A model generated the notes under the pieces. The model did no database searches and was not told the origin of the DNA. It worked only from the letters and a program-made list of their open reading frames with translations. This document shows, one piece after another, positions 18,597 through 29,884 of a DNA stretch of 64,000 nucleotides (its first letter is position 1; each line of letters starts with the position of its first letter). Position numbers and translations under genes: made by a program. The stretch spans positions 60,864 to 124,863 of the forward strand of contig CAWJJO010000012.1 of the NCBI GenBank assembly GCA_963843285.1. The letters run 5' to 3'. Source of the stretch: an uncultured bacterium. GTDB taxonomy: Bacteria > Acidobacteriota > HRBIN11 > JAKEFK01.

Positions 18597-19175
18597 ATGA
18601 AGTATCTTGCGATCACATTCTGGATTGCGATGCTCCTGTTCCTGATGTCAGGCATTCGGCCCGCCCTGGCTGATGACAAGGAGGATATTCAAAAGAAGCA
18701 GGCCGCCGTTCTCAAGATGAGAGATGAGACACTTGCGGAGCTGTATAAGGGGAAGCCGGAAACGAAGGCGAAGGTCCAAAAAGCCGCCGGGTACGCAGTC
18801 TTTGACAATGCCGGCATTCACCTGCTCTTGCTGTCAACGTCCAGAGGAAACGGTGTCGCCGTTGGAAATGCCGGCGGGAACCCCATCTTCATGAAGATGA
18901 AGACCGTGGGAGCAGGTCCCGGCCTCGGCGTCAAGGATTACCAGGTGGTCTTTATTTTCTCGAATGCCGCCACCTTGAAGAAGTTTACGGAATCAGGCTG
19001 GTCATTCACGGGAGAAGCCGATGCCGCTGCGAAGAGCAAGAATGATGGCGCTGCAGCCAGTAGCGCCGGAACTTCTTCCGAAGGGATGGAGATCTACACG
19101 ATCACCAAGAAAGGGATTGCTCTACAGGCGACGCTTGGCGGAACTAAGTTTTCAAAAGATGACGATTTGAACTGA
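18597..19175 (+). CDS. SYLF (DUF500, Ysc84-like) domain lipid-binding protein, secreted
   Basis: Track ORF 18582..19175. The ATG at 18597 has the SD GGAGGA and gives MKYLAITFWIAMLLFLMSGIRPALA. AAGYAVFDNAG...GNGVAV...GAGPGLGVKDYQVVFIF...GWSFTGEADAAA fits the SYLF pattern. Confidence 0.65.
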   Translation: MKYLAITFWIAMLLFLMSGIRPALADDKEDIQKKQAAVLKMRDETLAELYKGKPETKAKVQKAAGYAVFDNAGIHLLLLSTSRGNGVAVGNAGGNPIFMKMKTVGAGPGLGVKDYQVVFIFSNAATLKKFTESGWSFTGEADAAAKSKNDGAAASSAGTSSEGMEIYTITKKGIALQATLGGTKFSKDDDLN

Positions 19176-19242
19176 TTCTGAGATGTCCCAACGCAGAACA
19201 GAATCGACCTTACGTTGAAGTGCTCACATCCTGAATTAGGAG

Positions 19243-19279
19243 AGCAAAAAAAAGAACAAAGGGGGAGCCAGGCTCCCCC
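19243..19279 (-). terminator. Rho-independent terminator (usable from both strands)
   Basis: GGGGGAGCC-a-GGCTCCCCC stem (19261-19279). On the minus strand it is followed by TTTGTTCTTTTTTTT. It lies between convergent genes. Confidence 0.7.
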
Positions 19280-19311
19280 ATTGTTCGTGGACTGCGAAAA
19301 ACTGTTCTATC

Positions 19312-19998
19312 TTATCTTAGTTTCAAGGATAAGAGTAGAAAGCCGACTCCCACCAATGCCAGTAACCCGAGATTGCTTGCGGTTTTTGGCAATTGCTTTT
19401 CGCCGGTTGATTCACCAGAAGTTGAAGGTTCCGGTGCTGGCGTAGCTGCTGGCGTAGCTGCTGGCGCAGCTGCTGGCGCAGAGCCGCTTACCCCGCCGGG
19501 AGTTTCTGTAACGAGTGTGGACTTTTGTTCAGAAACAATCGTTGCTGAAAGGCGCATGCCTTTTCTCAGTTCGAATACGGTCAACTGCTTGCCATCTACT
19601 TCAAACTTCAACCAGTCCGGTACCTGGTACTGGCGATTCACTTTATCGGCTCCGGTGATGATCAATTGCGGCGGCTGTACGTGCCAAACGACGCCATTTT
19701 TCACCGTTGTCGTGTAAACCGTTTTCGGTTCCGTCGTAGTCGTGATGGTCCTGGTAAGCTTCGTTCCTGGTTTCAGTTCATGAACAGTGATTTCCTTTCC
19801 ATCCACTGTTACCTTGAAATCATCTGGAACATCGAATTCCTTATCTTCCCCGGTGCTCATGTGAATCACCACATGATTTCCTTCAACTGAAACAACCGTT
19901 CCCGATCTCACTTCAGTCGTCGTTTGCGCCTGCGCTGCAACAAAGCAGAAAATCATCGCGACCAGAAAGGTCACGCTAAATACAAGTTTCAAACGCAT
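19312..19998 (-). CDS. Secreted two-repeat protein with a C-terminal LPKTAS sortase sorting signal
   Basis: 228 aa. Signal peptide ...FVAAQAQ. Two ~60-aa repeats (EFDVPDDFKVTVDGKEITVHELKPGTKLTRTI and QYQVPDWLKFEVDGKQLTVFELRKGMRLSATI). Ala/Pro linker, then LPKTAS + NLGLLALVGVGFLLLSL + KLR (motif, hydrophobic helix, basic tail). Confidence 0.75.
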   Translation of the reverse strand: MRLKLVFSVTFLVAMIFCFVAAQAQTTTEVRSGTVVSVEGNHVVIHMSTGEDKEFDVPDDFKVTVDGKEITVHELKPGTKLTRTITTTTEPKTVYTTTVKNGVVWHVQPPQLIITGADKVNRQYQVPDWLKFEVDGKQLTVFELRKGMRLSATIVSEQKSTLVTETPGGVSGSAPAAAPAATPAATPAPEPSTSGESTGEKQLPKTASNLGLLALVGVGFLLLSLKLR

Positions 19999-20010
19999 AT
20001 ACTCCTCCTT

Positions 20011-20707
20011 TTAATTTTTTGAAGAAACTTTTGGTTCTATTGCTTTCAATGAAGCCTGAATAATGTAGCGACTGGGAGCATGCCCCACAAAATAAAATGG
20101 ATAGCAGGTTACAAGAGTAAGAGATGCTTTCTTTTGGGGTGCAAGAACCCAGACATCTTCCGGTTTGACAATCAGAATCTGATCAATCGTATAGTTGTAC
20201 GTAGCCTCGGCGGACACGAGCTGAACGTTGTCGCCTTTTGAAATATCTTTGAGGCCCCGAAAGAAACCATCGCGGTGTCCCGCGATTCCGATGTTCCCGC
20301 TGCCGCCGATTCGACCCGTATCGGGAATATGGCCTACCCCCCGATCAAGTGTCAGGTCATCTACTCCTTCAAACACAGATACAGCGAGTCCAATTCGTTC
20401 GATTCGCAAAACTGCCAGCGGCGGATCGAACTTCTGAATCAGCGCCGTTTTATAAGCCTGGATTCGCTTCTGATCCCATAAACTGAAATCAGCAGAAGAG
20501 TCTGTGCCTGTCTCATTCCTGGACTTCTGCGATAGTGCTTCCACACCAGCGTAGTTCCACACGTAGCCGTAAAGACGGGCGCAGAAGTAGAATCCCAGTA
20601 GAGACCAGCCCTGAGACTCTCAAAATTCTGGCCAGCAACAATCGGCTTTGCCGTTTCGAGGAAATCGGTCCCTTTGATTTGTCAGTATAGGGAGTTGCCA
20701 TTCGCAT
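20011..20707 (-). CDS. Sortase family transpeptidase (frameshifted near the N-terminal membrane anchor)
   Basis: Track ORF 20011..20562 carries IAGHRDGFF (catalytic His), LTLVTCYPF (TLxTC Cys) and SRYIIQA (Arg). The upstream frame from the ATG at 20707 (MRMATPYTDKSKGPISSKRQSRLLLARILRVSGLVSTGILLL) supplies the expected TM anchor and joins via a +1 shift at roughly 20580-20620. Confidence 0.75.
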
Positions 20708-20723
20708 CCTGTGTGACTCGTAA

Positions 20724-21135
20724 TTAAACGTGGCGGCGGCGCTTGACACGCAATTGCGCCAGCGAGCGAGCCAGGGAGGCGTTGACGGAAGCGACCTCTT
20801 CGTCAGAGATCTTGTCTTGCAGTCGGGCTTCTGCGCGTTTCCGCGCTTCTTCGACCTTGGCTTCATCGATCTTATCGGCAGGAATCGCCATATCGGTAAT
20901 GATAGCCACACGGTTGCCCGTAACTTCAACAAGGCCTTCACCAACGGCCAGTAATTCATCGTGACCGCCTCTTTGCACAATGATTTCTCCTGGCAGCAAT
21001 CTGGTCATTAACCCGATGTGCTGGGGAAGAATTCCCAACTCGCCGTCTACACACGGTAAGGTAACCATTTCTACGTCTTCAGAGTAGACGATTGCTTCCG
21101 GTGTGACGATTTCTAATCTTCAATGTCTCTGCCAT
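20724..21135 (-). CDS. atpC: F1 ATP synthase epsilon subunit (one +1 frameshift)
   Basis: Track ORF 20724..21068 lacks the N-terminus. Upstream, MAETLKI[extra base ~21114]EIVTPEAIVYSEDVEMVTLPCVDGELGILPQH restores a canonical epsilon N-terminus from the ATG at 21135. Confidence 0.85.
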
Positions 21136-21150
21136 ATTCAACTCTTTATT

Positions 21151-22554
<1,404 letters not shown>

Positions 22555-22593
22555 TCACCTGTATTTCAAGCTTCCATCTGCAAGACCCTTCTG

Positions 22594-23458
22594 TTAACCG
22601 GCTTCGCCTCCGGCGATTTCCAGCATTTCCTGAGTGATATTTCCCTGACGAATCGTGTTGTATTGGAGTTGCAGGGCTCCGATCAGTTCCTCTGCACTGT
22701 CTGTGGCGTTCTTCATCGATACCATGCGGGCGCTCTGCTCGCTGGCTTTTGCATTCAGCAAAACCTGGTAAATAAAAATGTTGACATAATGCGAGAGCAT
22801 GTAGTTGACAACATCCTCCGCATTAGGCTCAAACAGGATTTCGGTGGTCTCACCGGGAGACTCCTCCAGGGATACCTCCGGAATTTGTATCCCTTTGATT
22901 TCCCCTACCGGGAGGTATTGCACGCAAAGCGGAGTTTGAGTCAGCGTGTTTACGAAACGAGTCGCAACAACCAGGACCTGGTCCACTTCTTTTTTCAAAA
23001 AGAGATCGCAAGCACAACTGGCAATCGCTCTGGCCTCCGGGTAACGGGGCGTGTCGGCGTAGGCAAACTCGGCGACCAGCTTTCGGCGAGAGCGCGCAAT
23101 GAATTGTGCAGCTTTCCGGCCTGCCGTTATGAAAACCGTTGAGTCGGGATCAAACTGAGAGACCAGACGGAACACATTGGTGTTGAGCGGCCCGCACAAA
23201 CCCTTATCTGCTCCGATCAAAATGACCGCGCGTTTGTGGACTTCCCGCACTTCCATTAGCGGATGCATGTACTCACCCAAATGAGCCGCCGCTGCGCGCT
23301 GGAAACGATACATCTGGCGCACAAATGGACGCGTCAGCAATAGCTGCTTGTTGCGCTTTTCTCATCTTGGATGCGGCCACCATCTGCATGGCTTTCGTAA
23401 TCTGTGCCGTGTTGCTGATGGACTTGATCCGCCGGCGTAAGTCACGAGGGTTTTCCAT
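22594..23458 (-). CDS. atpG: F1 ATP synthase gamma subunit (one +1 frameshift)
   Basis: N-terminal ORF 23273..23458 ([28 protein letters not shown]) and ORF 22594..23340 (RPFVRQMY...GADKGLCG...[13 protein letters not shown]) differ by +1. The junction is at about 23339-23343. Confidence 0.9.
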
Positions 23459-23464
23459 AACAAT

Positions 23465-24998
23465 TCACTTCCAGGTCTGTTTGAACTGATCAGCGGCAGC
23501 CTTCAGTTCCGCAATCAATCCTTCACTCAACGTTTTTTCCAGATAGATTTTCCGCAGCAGCTCAGACTTCCGCGTTGTTAGGAATTCCGTTACCTTCTCT
23601 TGAAATTCTTTAATCCGTTCGACCGGCACATCATCCATGTATCCTTTTTGAACCATTCCGATCACGGCGACCTGGATCTCAATCGGAATGGGACTGTACT
23701 GTGGCTGCTTAAAGAGTTCCATGATGCGTTTGCCGCGATCGATCTGCGCCTGCGTCTTTGGATCCAGCTCAGAACCGAATTGCGCGAACGCTGCAAGTTC
23801 ACGGAATTGAGCGAGTTCCCCTTTGAGCTGTCCCGCGACTTGCTTCATGGCCTTGAGCTGTGCCGCGGAACCTACGCGGGAAACCGAAATGCCGACCGAA
23901 ATGGCTGGCCGCATTCCCTGGTAGAACAGGTCTGTTTCCAGAAAAATTTGCCCGTCCGTAATCGAGATGACGTTGGTGGGAATATAAGCGGAAACGTCGC
24001 CCGCCTTTGTTTCAATAATCGGAAGAGCCGTGAGCGAACCATCTCCGTATTTTTTCCCGACGCGCGCTGCGCGTTCGAGCAGCCGGCTGTGGAGATAAAA
24101 CACGTCTCCCGGATAGGCTTCTCGACCTGAGGGCCGCTTCAATACCAGCGCGATCTGACGGTAGGCTACGGCGTGTTTGGAAAGATCGTCGTAGATAATC
24201 AGCGCGTCCATTCCGTTATCCAGAAACCACTCCCCCATCGCAGCTCCGGCGAATGGCGCCAAATACTGGCTGGCGGCTGAATCGGCAGCCGGGGATGCGA
24301 CCACTATGGTGTAAGGCATCGCATCAGCCTTTTCCAGGACTGTGATGAGCTGGGCGATACTGGATTGCTTCTGCCCAATCGCAACGTAGATGCAATACAG
24401 CGGACGAAAGTCTTTGTCTCCGTTTGTTTCGTGTCGCTCTGTTGAGACGCGCCTGGTTGATGATGGTATCGACACAAATCGTGGTCTTGCCTGTGGAACG
24501 ATCCCCGATGATCAATTCCCGTTGACCGCGTCCAATCGGAATCATCGCATCGATGGCCATAATGCCGGTTTGCATCGGCTGGCGTACCGGAGCCCGCCGG
24601 ATGATGCCGGGAGCGAGCTTTTCGACCGGATATGCGACATCACTCTGAATGGGTCCTTTGCCATCCACGGGCTCTCCCAGGGTGTTCACGACACGCCCGA
24701 GCAATCCTTTGCCGACAGGCACCTGCAACAGCTTCCCCGTGGTCCGCGCCTCGTCGCCTTCATGGAGCAGCGTGTAGTCGCCTAGAATGATCACCGCTAC
24801 TTCGGTCTCATCGAGGTTCAATGCGAGTCCGGTGATGCCATGTCCCAGATCGATCATCTCGTTGAGCATCGCATCTGCCAGGCCTTCAATTCTTGCGACG
24901 CCGTCACCAATTTCGCGAATAACGCCCACGTTCTCTTTGGCCGTCGTTGCCTTGGCTCCTGCGATCTGAGCTTCAATCTCTTGCAATAGGTCAGCCAT
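23465..24998 (-). CDS. atpA: F1 ATP synthase alpha subunit (one +1 frameshift)
   Basis: ORF 24324..24998 (through Walker [20 protein letters not shown]) and ORF 23465..24475 ([20 protein letters not shown]...) differ by +1. The junction is at about 24430-24470. Combined length is 511 codons. Confidence 0.9.
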
Positions 24999-25093
24999 AT
25001 TATTTCACCTCAATTTCCTTGCCGCCCCGGATCGCACCCTGACGAGCGAGGTTCGGACCCTCATATGGTCTAATTCCCTCGCGCTTAGTGATT

Positions 25094-25486
25094 TCAAAAG
25101 CTCTTCTCCAGAGCAGCTAACCGTCCCGAAATGCTGCCATCATAGACATCACACCCAACTTTGATTCGCATTCCTCCGATCAGGTTCGGGTTGTGTACGA
25201 ATGAAGTGCTGATCCCCGGGCCATAGATTTGTGCAAGATCAGCCTGGATCTTTGCACGCAGCTGCGCCGGCAAGGGCACGGCGCTCTCAACTTTAGCAGT
25301 GTGTTGCGCCAAATCCAGCTTTACCAGGCGCTGAAAGTACGACAGGAGCGCCAGCCCACCGCGGCGTTTCGCCTTGATGATGCTTTGGATAACCTGTCGC
25401 GTGCGTCTCTCATCCAGCAATCCGTTGACGAGACACAAGCGGTATAGTCGCTTGGCTGTTTGCCGGGTTCGTTTTGTCATCTTCAT
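25094..25486 (-). CDS. atpH: F1 ATP synthase delta (OSCP) subunit, short form
   Basis: 130 aa, placed between atpF and atpA. The C-terminal NLIGGMRIKVGCDVYDGSISGRLAALE matches the delta-subunit C-terminal motif. It is shorter than the usual ~180 aa. Confidence 0.7.
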   Translation of the reverse strand: MKMTKRTRQTAKRLYRLCLVNGLLDERRTRQVIQSIIKAKRRGGLALLSYFQRLVKLDLAQHTAKVESAVPLPAQLRAKIQADLAQIYGPGISTSFVHNPNLIGGMRIKVGCDVYDGSISGRLAALEKSF

Positions 25487-25505
25487 ACAGCGTCATTCCC
25501 AGTAA

Positions 25506-26060
25506 TCATTGAATCGTCAATCCCTTCGCTGCTTCCTCCGCCAGACGCTTTTGATCTTCCGGCGTAAGCGTCTTACCCACGACTCTGGCGGTGGTCTGGA
25601 CAACCAATTGCCCGACCTCGCGTTTGAGTTCAGCAAGCATTCGGGCGTGGTCCTGAGCCGCCGCCTCTCGGGCCTTAGCCATGATCTGTTCGGCGACAGC
25701 TATAGCCTTTTGCGTCTCTTGTTCGCGGAGGCGAGAGGCCGCAACGCGCGCCTCTTCGATATACTGATTCGCCTCAACATTCGCTTGCTCCATCACTTGC
25801 TGGCGTTGACCTTCAGTCTTGGCCAGCTCGGCTTTGATTTGCTCGGCATTGGCTATACCTTGAGCGATTTGTTGTCGCCGCGCTTCCAGCATCTTGAGAA
25901 CCGGTCGATACGCGAACCGGTAAAGGATCAAACAAACGATGCTGAAGCTAATGATTTGAGCAATCAATTGAGGCCAATCTAGGCCGAAAGTTTTCGCGAT
26001 CCCTTCCGGCTTTGCGCTACTCTCGATTTGAGCTGCCAATAAAAGTAGATTCATAACCAA
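25506..26060 (-). CDS. atpF: Fo ATP synthase subunit b
   Basis: 184 aa. A single N-terminal TM helix, then a long charged helix rich in A/E/Q/R; position in the operon supports the call. Confidence 0.85.
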   Translation of the reverse strand: MVMNLLLLAAQIESSAKPEGIAKTFGLDWPQLIAQIISFSIVCLILYRFAYRPVLKMLEARRQQIAQGIANAEQIKAELAKTEGQRQQVMEQANVEANQYIEEARVAASRLREQETQKAIAVAEQIMAKAREAAAQDHARMLAELKREVGQLVVQTTARVVGKTLTPEDQKRLAEEAAKGLTIQ

Positions 26061-26127
26061 TCACCCGCTTTGTGTGGACGTTGAGCTGTCTCCAGCTTCC
26101 TGGCTTTCACGTCCGCAGGGTCTGACC

Positions 26128-26331
26128 TTATTTCACCAGGAACAAGGTATAAAAAACGATCGCTTCAGCGAATGCAATGGCCAGAATCGACTGGACCAGA
26201 ATCTTCGTTGAGGCGCCGGGATTTCGTCCCACGGCTTCCGATGCTTTCATGCCGATTAAACCAACGCTGAGCGCAGCGGCAAACGCCGCCAATCCAATGT
26301 GTAAACTTCCAGTCATATAACCTTCCTTCAA
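26128..26331 (-). CDS. atpE: Fo ATP synthase subunit c
   Basis: 67-aa two-helix hairpin with a GRNPGA loop and the carboxylate in AFAEAIVFY. Position in the operon supports the call. Confidence 0.9.
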   Translation of the reverse strand: MKEGYMTGSLHIGLAAFAAALSVGLIGMKASEAVGRNPGASTKILVQSILAIAFAEAIVFYTLFLVK

Positions 26332-26334
26332 CTT

Positions 26335-27321
26335 TCAGTTAATCTCATTTTTTTCAGACGATTCGTGTGCATGAGCAGGTTCCGCCTCATGCTGACAAAT
26401 CAACAGAGTGAAAACCGCGCACAACAACATGAAGACCGTCGCCTGTACCAAACCAACGAGCAATTCCATAAAATAGAAAGGAATCGGGACCAGCCACGCG
26501 AACCCAGGAACCATATGTGCCATGGTTTCCATCATGGTCTCTCCAGCAAAAATATTACCGTAGAGACGAAAACTCAAAGAGACTGGCCGGAACAAAATCG
26601 ATATCACTTCCAAAAGACCGGCCGCGAAAAACACGACCACCATGAGAATCTTTAATAAACCTTCTGTCTCGCCTTTGGGCGCGAACAACTCTTTCAGAAA
26701 ACCGCCCACGCCGACTTCCTGAATGGCCCAGATGAACCAGCAAGCAAAAAAGACAAGGGCCATTGCAAGAGTAAGGTTTAAATCCGCATTCGCGCCCCGG
26801 AAAAACGGCTGATCAATCACGAAACCGTGTGGAGTCTGATGCCCCCACCCTACGGTGCCGACTCCAGGGAATAGGCCCACCCAATTGGCAGAAAGAATAA
26901 AAATGAAAATTGTGGCAAAGAACCAGAACGTTCGCTTGACCAGATGCGGGCCGATGATGCCTTCGAGAAAATTGTACAGACCTGAAATGAGCCATTCCAG
27001 GAAATTTTGAGCTCCGCTCGGCACACTCTGCATGTTCCGTGTTGCGACCCGGGCAAAAATGATCAGCGCCAACGCAGTGATCCAGCTTACGACCATGGAA
27101 TTCGTGATGGGGAAACCAAAAGGACGAGCGATTTCGACCGCCTTCTGGGGCAAGCCGTGTTCTTCCGGTTCAGCCGCATGCACGTTGCCCTGTCCGGTAC
27201 TGGCCGCCTCACTAGCCCAAATCGTTGATCCCTGCAACAAGACCAATACGATCGCAAGAAGAATCATCGTCGCTGCCCGGGTAGTGACACTCTCTTGAAT
27301 GGAGTATTGGGCGTGGCTCAT
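26335..27321 (-). CDS. atpB: Fo ATP synthase subunit a, with an ~90-aa N-terminal extension
   Basis: 328 aa. SFRLYGNIFAGE (essential Arg motif), polytopic. First gene of the atp operon. Confidence 0.9.
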   Translation of the reverse strand: MSHAQYSIQESVTTRAATMILLAIVLVLLQGSTIWASEAASTGQGNVHAAEPEEHGLPQKAVEIARPFGFPITNSMVVSWITALALIIFARVATRNMQSVPSGAQNFLEWLISGLYNFLEGIIGPHLVKRTFWFFATIFIFILSANWVGLFPGVGTVGWGHQTPHGFVIDQPFFRGANADLNLTLAMALVFFACWFIWAIQEVGVGGFLKELFAPKGETEGLLKILMVVVFFAAGLLEVISILFRPVSLSFRLYGNIFAGETMMETMAHMVPGFAWLVPIPFYFMELLVGLVQATVFMLLCAVFTLLICQHEAEPAHAHESSEKNEIN

Positions 27322-27454
27322 CGAACGATTGACCTCCTGCGTTCTCCCGGTTTTCTCATCTGTGGTTTTTGAAACCCAGACTCACTTCCAGACTTACGCA
27401 AACGAGGTGCCAACGTGAATCCTCTCAATCACTGTGGTGAGCCGCTAAGCCACG

Positions 27455-27562
27455 ACGAAGTAGCCTACGGAATAAAGGAGAAGGCTCCAGCATTTCGGAG
27501 GTGCTGGAAGGACGCGTGATCCAACCGGCGCGGCATAAATCTTGCGGAGTATCAGCCTGAAC
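27455..27562 (+). repeat. Diverged third copy of the CTACGGAATAAAGGAG 5'-element
   Basis: Shares CCTACGGAATAAAGGAG, TTTCG, ACGCGT and CGGCATAAA..TTGCG blocks, in order, with the copies at 36001 and 37089. It ends immediately before the ATG of the downstream + strand gene. Confidence 0.45.
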
Positions 27563-28177
27563 ATGATCTGGATGAGAAAACTTGTCGTATTTTGGATCCT
27601 ACTTCTTTCACCGGTCTTACTGTTCGGCGAAGAGGAAAATCCGTGGGAATTTTCGGCAGTGGCGAACCTGTATATGCTTCCTGATGAAACCTATTTGAAT
27701 CCCGTCATTTCCGCGGACAGAAACCATCTCCATCTGGAAGCAAGATATAACTACGAGGATCTCGATACGGGATCTGTATTTGCCGGCTATAATTTTCAGA
27801 CGGGGGATACGGTTGAACTCAATGTGACTCCTATCCTCGGCGGAGTTTTTGGAAACTCGAACGGTATCGCTCCAGGGTTTCTATTGGAGCTGAATTACAA
27901 GAAATTGAGCTTAACGAGCGAAGGTGAATATCTCTTCAGTACGGATGAAAAAGAGTCCAACTTTTTCTACAGTTGGTCCGAACTGGCATATTCTCCCGCG
28001 GAATGGATCTGGTTTGGTATAGCCGGACAGCGAACGCGCGCGTACAAAACAGATCTCGAAATCCAACGTGGTCTTTTTGTGGGGTTTGGCAAAGGAAATT
28101 TCTCCGTCACCGGTTACGTAATGAATCTTGGTTTTGATGATGTCTTCGGATTGATAAGCGTGGAATATCAGTTTTGA
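27563..28177 (+). CDS. Hypothetical outer-membrane beta-barrel protein
   Basis: Track ORF 27542..28177 (TTG start); ATGs at 27563 and 27572 give MIWMRKLVVFWILLLSPVLLFG. Alternating beta-strand pattern and C-terminal ...ISVEYQF. Confidence 0.5.
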   Translation: MIWMRKLVVFWILLLSPVLLFGEEENPWEFSAVANLYMLPDETYLNPVISADRNHLHLEARYNYEDLDTGSVFAGYNFQTGDTVELNVTPILGGVFGNSNGIAPGFLLELNYKKLSLTSEGEYLFSTDEKESNFFYSWSELAYSPAEWIWFGIAGQRTRAYKTDLEIQRGLFVGFGKGNFSVTGYVMNLGFDDVFGLISVEYQF

Positions 28178-28183
28178 TGGAGT

Positions 28184-29825
28184 CTACAAACCAGCCTGCC
28201 GAAAGATGTTGTGGATCAGGGCCAATGCTTCCTCTTCCACTTTTTGCAGATGTTCTTTTCCCTTAAAGCTCTCCAGATAAATCTTGTAGATATCCTCGGT
28301 GCCGGACGGACGAGCAGCAAACCAGGCAGAATCGGTTACTACTTTCAATCCACCGATGGGATGGCCGGACGCATGCGTGATTTTTGCAGTAATCGCATCT
28401 CCGGCCAGGTCTGTTGCAGTCACTTGATCGGATGACAATTGAGAAAGGAGGAGCTTTTGGGCTGGATTCGCCGGCGCATCCAGCCTTCTGTACTCAGGAC
28501 TTCCGAATCTTGCCACCAGTTCCCCATAGATTTCTGCAGGATCTTTTCCGGTGACGGCAAGAATTTCTGCTGCAAGCAAGTTCATGATGATGCCGTCTTT
28601 ATCCGAAGTCCAAACCGTCCCGTCCTTCCGCAAAAAGGACGCGCCGGCACTTTCCTCTCCGGCAAAACCGACGCTCCCATCCAGAAGGCCACCTACAAAC
28701 CACTTGAAGCCGACAGGAACTTCGATCAACCTGCGTCCCAGTTCAGCGGCTACGCGATCAAGAATGGAAGAGCTCACGAGACTTTTACCCAGAGCAGCAT
28801 CGGTCCATTGTGGACGATTTTGAAACAGATAACTCGCCGCGGCCGCAAGATAGTGATTTGGATTCAGAAGGCCTGCAGTTTTCGTAACGATTCCGTGACG
28901 ATCGGAATCCGTGTCATTTCCAAACGCAATATCGAAGCGTTCCTTCATCGCAATCAAGGAGGCCATTGCATAGGGAGAAGAACAATCCATGCGGATTTTG
29001 CCGTCCTTATCGAGAGTCATAAAAAAGAAAGTGGGATCAACGACGCGATTCACAACTTCCAATGTAAGACCGTATGTTTCTGCAATCGGATCCCAGAAGC
29101 CGATGGAAGCACCACCAAGCGGATCGGCGCCGATTTTGATTCGCGCTCCCGCCACAGCCTCCAGATTCAGAATTTGCCGCAAGTCTTTCACGTAAGGCGT
29201 CGACGTAATCATAATGCTTCACACTCGACGCTTTGAGAGCCTTCTCGAAGGGGATCCTGGAGACATCACGAAGCCGGTCTTCGATAATTCTGTTCGCCCT
29301 TTTCTCAATCGTACTTGTAATCTCTGAGCCGGCAGGTCCGCCATGCGGTGGATTGTATTTGAAACCGCCGTCTTCGGGAGGATTATGCGAGGGAGTAATG
29401 ACGATGCCATCAGCCAATCCCTCTTTTCTACCGCGATTGTAGGTAAGAATCGCGTGCGAAATTACGGGCGTTGGAGTATAGCCATATCCTGCTGAATCAT
29501 CACTGAAATACCGGCGGAAGCGAACACTTCCAGCGCGCTGTCAAAGGCAGGCTTAGAGAGCGCATGAGTATCCATCCCAAGAAACAAAGGGCCGGTAATG
29601 TTTTGCGCTCTCCGGTATTCGCAAATGGACTGACTCATCGCGAGGATGTGTTCTTCGTTGAAATTGTTTCTCAAGAGAAGATCCGCGATGACCCGAAGTT
29701 CCGAAACTCACCCGCTGAAGAGGATCGGACAGATCGGGTTTATTCGTGTAATATGCGGCCACAAGCTGCGAAACGTCTACAAGAATTGACTTTGGCGCAG
29801 GTTTGCCTGCAAGCTCATGAATCAT
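28184..29825 (-). CDS. pgm: Phosphoglucomutase, alpha-D-glucose phosphate-specific (at least 3 frameshifts)
   Basis: Four track ORFs (29553..29825, 29462..29674, 29037..29417, 28184..29212) tile an E. coli Pgm-like ~547-aa protein: FGTSGHRGS (catalytic Ser loop), [58 protein letters not shown]. Frame changes are near 29675, 29440 and 29215. Confidence 0.9.
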
Positions 29826-29884
29826 GTTTCCATCTTATTAAAAAATAAAACAAAGAAAAGACGTTCTCCACTTGTTTGACCCTT

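Noticed and set aside
19436-19483. Tandem 12-nt repeats (GCTGGCGTAGCT/GCTGGCGCAGCT, four units) that could be mistaken for a mini-array.
   Set aside because: There are no spacers. The repeats are in frame inside the sortase-substrate gene and encode its Ala/Pro linker (APAAAPAATPAATPAP). This is not a CRISPR array.
26128-26331. Possibility that the ATP synthase is Na+-translocating or an N-ATPase.
   Set aside because: The gene order is the standard atpBEFHAGDC, with no atpQ/R. The c-subunit has AEA rather than the E(S/T) Na+-ligand pattern next to the carboxylate.
27322-27454. A 13-codon ORF (MRKPGERRRSIVR) overlapping the atpB start, considered as a possible atpI/atpZ.
   Set aside because: It is far too short and not hydrophobic. 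AtpI/AtpZ are small membrane proteins.
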